The notes beneath the pieces are model-generated. The model did not search any database, was not told the DNA's origin, and was given only the letters and a program-made list of their open reading frames with translations. A stretch of DNA of 64,000 nt from Hylemonella sp. GTDB taxonomy: Bacteria; Pseudomonadota; Gammaproteobacteria; Burkholderiales; Burkholderiaceae_C. The stretch's first letter is position 1. The number at the start of each line of letters is the position of its first letter. The stretch lies in NCBI RefSeq assembly GCF_046299695.1, contig NZ_JBKBHP010000017.1, one strand, 5' to 3'. Below, piece by piece: positions 60,240-64,000 of the stretch. Both the position numbers and the translations under genes were made by a program.

Positions 60240-60998
60240 ATGAGCACCTCGCCCTTCCTCGACATGCGCCAGGTGAGCTATACCTTCCCGGGCTGGCCGC
60301 CCGTGGTGCAGCGTGTGGACTGGGACATCGCGCCCGGCGAATTCCATTGCCTCGTGGGTCGTAGCGGCTGCGGCAAGACCACGCTGCTCAAGCTGGCGGC
60401 CGGCCTGTTGCGGCCCGACGAGGGCACGGTGCAGCTGCAGGGCCGGCCCCTGCCCGAGCCCGGGCCGCAGATCGGCTTCGTGTTCCAGCAGCCCACGCTG
60501 CTGGATTGGCTCAGCGTGCGCGACAACGTGCTGCTGCCGCTGAGCCTGCAGGGCCACGTCGGTGCCGACGACGTGGCGCGCGCCGAGGCGCTGCTGGCCC
60601 AGCTGGGCCTGGGCGCGCATCTGCAGCATCGCCCGCGCCAGCTCTCGGGCGGGCAGCAGAGCCGGGTGGCGATTGCGCGTGCGCTGCTGCCCGGGCCCTC
60701 CATCCTGCTCATGGACGAGCCCTTCGCCGCGCTCGATGCCCTCACCCGCGAGGAGCTGCAGGACGCGCTGCTCGCGGTCTGCCGTGAACGCGGCACACCG
60801 GTGTTTTTCGTGACCCATGACATCGCCGAGGCGGTCTACCTGGCCGACCGGGTGGCCGTGATGGATGCGGGTCGCATCCGCCACGACGTGCGCGTGGCGC
60901 TGCCGCGTCCGCGCGTTCAGGATGTGCGCTACAGCGCCGCCTTCAATGCCATCTGCGCCGAGTTGCGGCACGCCATGGACGGGGAGGGCGCCGTATGA
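60240..60998 (+). CDS. NitT/TauT-family ABC ATP-binding protein (ThiZ-like)
   Basis: 252 aa. GRSGCGKTTLLK, LSGGQQSRVAIARAL, LLMDEPFAALD. Confidence 0.85.
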   Translation: MSTSPFLDMRQVSYTFPGWPPVVQRVDWDIAPGEFHCLVGRSGCGKTTLLKLAAGLLRPDEGTVQLQGRPLPEPGPQIGFVFQQPTLLDWLSVRDNVLLPLSLQGHVGADDVARAEALLAQLGLGAHLQHRPRQLSGGQQSRVAIARALLPGPSILLMDEPFAALDALTREELQDALLAVCRERGTPVFFVTHDIAEAVYLADRVAVMDAGRIRHDVRVALPRPRVQDVRYSAAFNAICAELRHAMDGEGAV

Positions 60999-61753
60999 GA
61001 TATCCCCGCCTGCTGGCCCTTGCACTTCTGGTGCTGCTCCTGCTCGCCTGGGAATGGGCCGTGCAGGCCTTCAAGTTCTCGCCGCTGGTCCTGCCTGCGC
61101 CCAGCGTGATCGGCGCCGCGCTCGGCCGCGGCCTGGTCACGGGCTACCTCTGGCCGCACATCGCCCAGACCCTGCTGGAACTGGGACTGGGCTTGGCCCT
61201 GGGCGTGTTGCTGGGTTTTGCCGGCGGCGTGCTGCTCGGTGAATCGGCCTTGCTGCGCCGCGTGTTCATGCCCTATGTGGTGACCAGCCAGGTCGTGCCC
61301 AAGCTCGCGCTGCTGCCGCTCTTCATCGTCTGGTTCGGCTTCGGCACCACGCCCACGGTGGTGATCACGGCGCTGATCTGCTTCTTCCCGCTGCTGGAGA
61401 ACACGCTCACGGGCATCGCGCAGGTGGATGCGGCGCGCCTGGAGCTCTTCCGCATGCTGGGCGCCACACGTGCCCAGACCCTGTGGCGGCTCAAGCTGCC
61501 GGCCAGCCTGCCCGCCATCCTGGCCGGCCTGCGCGTGGCCGTGGTGCTGGCGCTCGTTGGGGCCGTGGTCGGCGAGTTCATCGGCGCCAGCCAGGGCCTG
61601 GGGGCGCTGATCATCGCCGCCCAGGGCTCCATGGACACGGCGCTGATGTTCGCCGTGCTGCTGCTCATCACCATCATCGGCCTGCTGCTTTACGAGGCCA
61701 CCTTGTGGCTGGAGCGCAAGCTGCTGGCGACCTATTCCTTTTCTACGAACTGA
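60995..61753 (+). CDS. NitT/TauT-family ABC permease (ThiX-like)
   Basis: 252 aa BPD-type permease. ATGA overlap with the ATPase gene. Confidence 0.85.
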   Translation: MRYPRLLALALLVLLLLAWEWAVQAFKFSPLVLPAPSVIGAALGRGLVTGYLWPHIAQTLLELGLGLALGVLLGFAGGVLLGESALLRRVFMPYVVTSQVVPKLALLPLFIVWFGFGTTPTVVITALICFFPLLENTLTGIAQVDAARLELFRMLGATRAQTLWRLKLPASLPAILAGLRVAVVLALVGAVVGEFIGASQGLGALIIAAQGSMDTALMFAVLLLITIIGLLLYEATLWLERKLLATYSFSTN

Positions 61754-61763
61754 GGACGACACC

Positions 61764-62759
61764 ATGAAACGACACACCCTGCGTGCCCTGCTGGCCCTGG
61801 CCGCGCTGAGCCTGCTCGGGGCCACGGCCAGCGCCCAGGACGCCAAGCTGGAGAAGATCACCATCGCCAGCTGGGGCGGGCCGATCTCCGAAGTGACCAA
61901 CCTGCTGGTCGAGCCCGACAAGGGCTTCTTCCGCGCACGCGGCATCGAGCTGGTCTACATGCCGGGCACGGGCGGCGGCGATGCGGTGCGCAACCTGCTC
62001 AGCGGCCAGGCCGACGTGGCCTTCACCGACCCCGGTTCCTTCTACGCCGCGCTGGACAAGGGCGAGAAGCTGCGCGCCATCTACGACATCTATCCGCAGA
62101 ATGTCTTCAACGTGGTCTCGCTCAAGAGCGCCAACATCCGCAAGCCCGCCGACCTCAAGGGCAAGAAGATCGGCGTCTACAGCCTGTCCAGCGGCACCCT
62201 GGCCAACCTGCAGCTGCTGCTGAACCAGGCTGGCCTGAGCACCAAGGACGTGACCATCGTCGTCACCGGCCTGCTCAATTTCGCGCCGCTGATGCAGGGC
62301 CAGGTGGACGCCACCGCCGCCACCGACACCGGCCTGCTCGTGGCCCGGGCCCGCGGCGTGGGCGAGGTCAACGTGATGGAGGTGCGTGACTCGCTCAATC
62401 TCTCCAGCGACCTCTTCGTGGTGCGTGAGGAGACCTACCAGAAGCGCAAGGACGTGCTCAAGCGCTTCCTCGCCGCCTACCGCGACAGTGCGCAATGGAT
62501 GATGGACCAGCCGGAAGAGGCCGCGAAGCTGGCCGTCAAGCGCGCCATCAATGGCCAGAACGAGGCCGTGAACCTGGAGGTGATCAAGCTGCGCAATGCC
62601 ACTAGCGTCTCGCCGCTGACGCAGAAGAACGGCCTGGGCGCCATCAACGTCGACATGCTGCAGAAAGGCGCCGTGGCCTGGAAGCAGATCGGCCTGATCG
62701 AGCGTGATCTCGACATGAAGGCCGTGGTGAGCCAGGACCTGTTGCCGGGCAAGAAGTGA
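61764..62759 (+). CDS. NMT1/THI5-like (SsuA/ThiY-type) periplasmic binding protein
   Basis: 331 aa. Signal peptide MKRHTLRALLALAALSLLGATASA, then the two-lobe pattern typical of the NMT1/SsuA family (ITIASWGGPISE..., GKKIGVYSLSSGT). Confidence 0.75.
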   Translation: MKRHTLRALLALAALSLLGATASAQDAKLEKITIASWGGPISEVTNLLVEPDKGFFRARGIELVYMPGTGGGDAVRNLLSGQADVAFTDPGSFYAALDKGEKLRAIYDIYPQNVFNVVSLKSANIRKPADLKGKKIGVYSLSSGTLANLQLLLNQAGLSTKDVTIVVTGLLNFAPLMQGQVDATAATDTGLLVARARGVGEVNVMEVRDSLNLSSDLFVVREETYQKRKDVLKRFLAAYRDSAQWMMDQPEEAAKLAVKRAINGQNEAVNLEVIKLRNATSVSPLTQKNGLGAINVDMLQKGAVAWKQIGLIERDLDMKAVVSQDLLPGKK

Positions 62760-62761
62760 TC

Positions 62762-63529
62762 ATGAAATTCCAGGGCCAGGTCATCCTCGTCACCGGCGCC
62801 AGCCGCGGCATCGGCGCGGCCATCGCGCGCGCCTTCGCGGCCGAGGGCGGCTTCGTGGTCGTCAACTACCTGCGCAACGAGGCCGCGGCCGAGGCCGTGG
62901 TGGCGGACTGCAAGGCCGCCGGTGGCGACGCCTGGGCGATCCGCGCCGATGTGAGCGACGTGGCCCAGGTACAGGCCCTGGTGGCGCAGGTGCAGTCCGA
63001 GCTGGGGCGCATCGACGTGCTGGTCAACAACGCCTTCGCGCCGTATCGCTTTGATCCCGAGCAGCGCAAGCGCTTTTGGGAAACGGACTGGGCCGACTAC
63101 CAGGCCCAGTTCGAGGGGGCGGTGCGCACGACGCATCAGGTGACGCAGGCCGTGCTGCCCGGCATGCGCCAGCGCGCCCAGGGCTGCATCATCAACCTCG
63201 CCAGCGACCTGGTCGAGCGGCCCGTGGTGCCCTACCACGACTACGCCACGGCCAAGTCCGCGCTCGTGGGTTACTCGCGCAACCTCGCGGCCGAGCTGGG
63301 CCCCCTGGGCATCCGCGTGAACTGCGTGGCGCCGGGCCTGGTCTACCCGACCGACGCAAGCCGGGCCACCAAGGAGGACGTCAAGGAAGCCATCGTGGCC
63401 CAGACCCCGTTGCGCCGCATCGCGCGGCCCGAAGACGTGGCCGGTCCCGTGCTCTTCCTCGCTTCGGACTGGAGCCGTTTCATGACGGGGCAGGTGCTGG
63501 TGGTGGACGGTGGCCTCGTGATGCGCTGA
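62762..63529 (+). CDS. Short-chain dehydrogenase/reductase (FabG-like)
   Basis: TGASRGIG cofactor motif, NNAF and YxxxK (YATAK). The track start 62756 is GTG; the ATG is at 62762. Confidence 0.85.
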   Translation: MKFQGQVILVTGASRGIGAAIARAFAAEGGFVVVNYLRNEAAAEAVVADCKAAGGDAWAIRADVSDVAQVQALVAQVQSELGRIDVLVNNAFAPYRFDPEQRKRFWETDWADYQAQFEGAVRTTHQVTQAVLPGMRQRAQGCIINLASDLVERPVVPYHDYATAKSALVGYSRNLAAELGPLGIRVNCVAPGLVYPTDASRATKEDVKEAIVAQTPLRRIARPEDVAGPVLFLASDWSRFMTGQVLVVDGGLVMR

Positions 63530-63576
63530 AACCCGGTTTTGGGCGCGGGGCAGGGGCCTTGGCCTACACTCGCCGC

Positions 63577-64000
63577 ATGACAGATGTGGCACCGCTGATC
63601 CTTGGCATCGAATCCTCCTGCGACGAAACGGGCGTGGCCCTGGTTGAATCGCAGGCCAGCGGTGTGCCCAAGCTGCTCTCGCATGCGCTCTACAGCCAGA
63701 TCGAGATGCACCAGGCCTATGGCGGTGTGGTGCCCGAGCTGGCCAGCCGCGACCACATCCGCCGGGTGCTGCCGCTCACCCAAACGGTCATGGCCGAGGC
63801 CGGCAAGTCGCTGCAAGACATCGACGTCGTGGCCTATACACGCGGCCCGGGCCTGGCGGGCGCCCTGCTGGTGGGCGCCGGCGTGGCCTGCGCCCTGGGT
63901 GCGGCCCTGGGCAAGCCCGTGCTGGGCGTGCACCACCTCGAAGGCCATCTGCTCTCGCCCTTCCTCAGCGTCGATCCGCCGGAGTTTCCCTTTGTGGCCC
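63577..64000 (+). CDS. tsaD: tRNA N6-adenosine threonylcarbamoyltransferase TsaD (5' part; continues beyond the window)
   Basis: My translation gives [23 protein letters not shown]...[13 protein letters not shown]...[11 protein letters not shown]...HHLEGH. Open-ended, so absent from the ORF track. Confidence 0.85.
   Translation, partial: MTDVAPLILGIESSCDETGVALVESQASGVPKLLSHALYSQIEMHQAYGGVVPELASRDHIRRVLPLTQTVMAEAGKSLQDIDVVAYTRGPGLAGALLVGAGVACALGAALGKPVLGVHHLEGHLLSPFLSVDPPEFPFVA

Overview
High-GC chromosomal segment that looks betaproteobacterial, of the Comamonadaceae/Burkholderiales type. This is judged from gene content and orphan Bug/TTT binding proteins; no search was run. I support about 60 protein genes. 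I saw no rRNA, tRNA, CRISPR array, transposase, integrase or phage genes. Layout: (1) 1-8358, a GntR regulator plus an NTF2-like/deacetylase/amidase operon, divergent from a Liv-type ABC importer (LivM-LivG-LivF in one frame) and an AtzH-like gene. (2) 8366-12145, a five-gene translationally coupled photolyase operon: DUF2256, FeS-type PhrB/CryB photolyase, a photolyase-like protein with apparently swapped domain order, DUF2237, DUF3429. (3) 12393-24757, a PAS-GGDEF-EAL protein and housekeeping genes (suhB, trmJ, cysE, EamA exporter, SbtA-like permease + LysR, mog, yjgA, pmbA, GNAT). (4) 24973-33410, a D-glucarate/galactarate catabolic cluster. (5) 33441-35666, yqeY, rpsU and a YhiN-type flavoprotein. 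(6) 35819-57365, a large assimilatory nitrate/nitrite region: nirB, a periplasmic double PilJ/NarX-like sensor-domain protein, nirD, nasA, cobA, narK, nrtABD and nasR. It has three ANTAR dual-hairpin attenuator leaders and sigma54-like promoters, plus a divergent PP2C/Ser-Thr kinase fusion. An AT-richer patch at about 47.3-51.3 kb interrupts it. (7) 57508-63529, a TPP riboswitch followed by LuxE-like, LuxC-like, ThiXYZ-like ABC transporter and SDR genes. This is my top candidate for an undescribed system: reductive salvage of oxidised thiamine precursors. (8) 63577 onward, the 5' part of tsaD. Several structured intergenic repeat families are present. All calls come from reading the translated ORFs and the DNA by eye. 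No database search, covariance model or alignment program was run.
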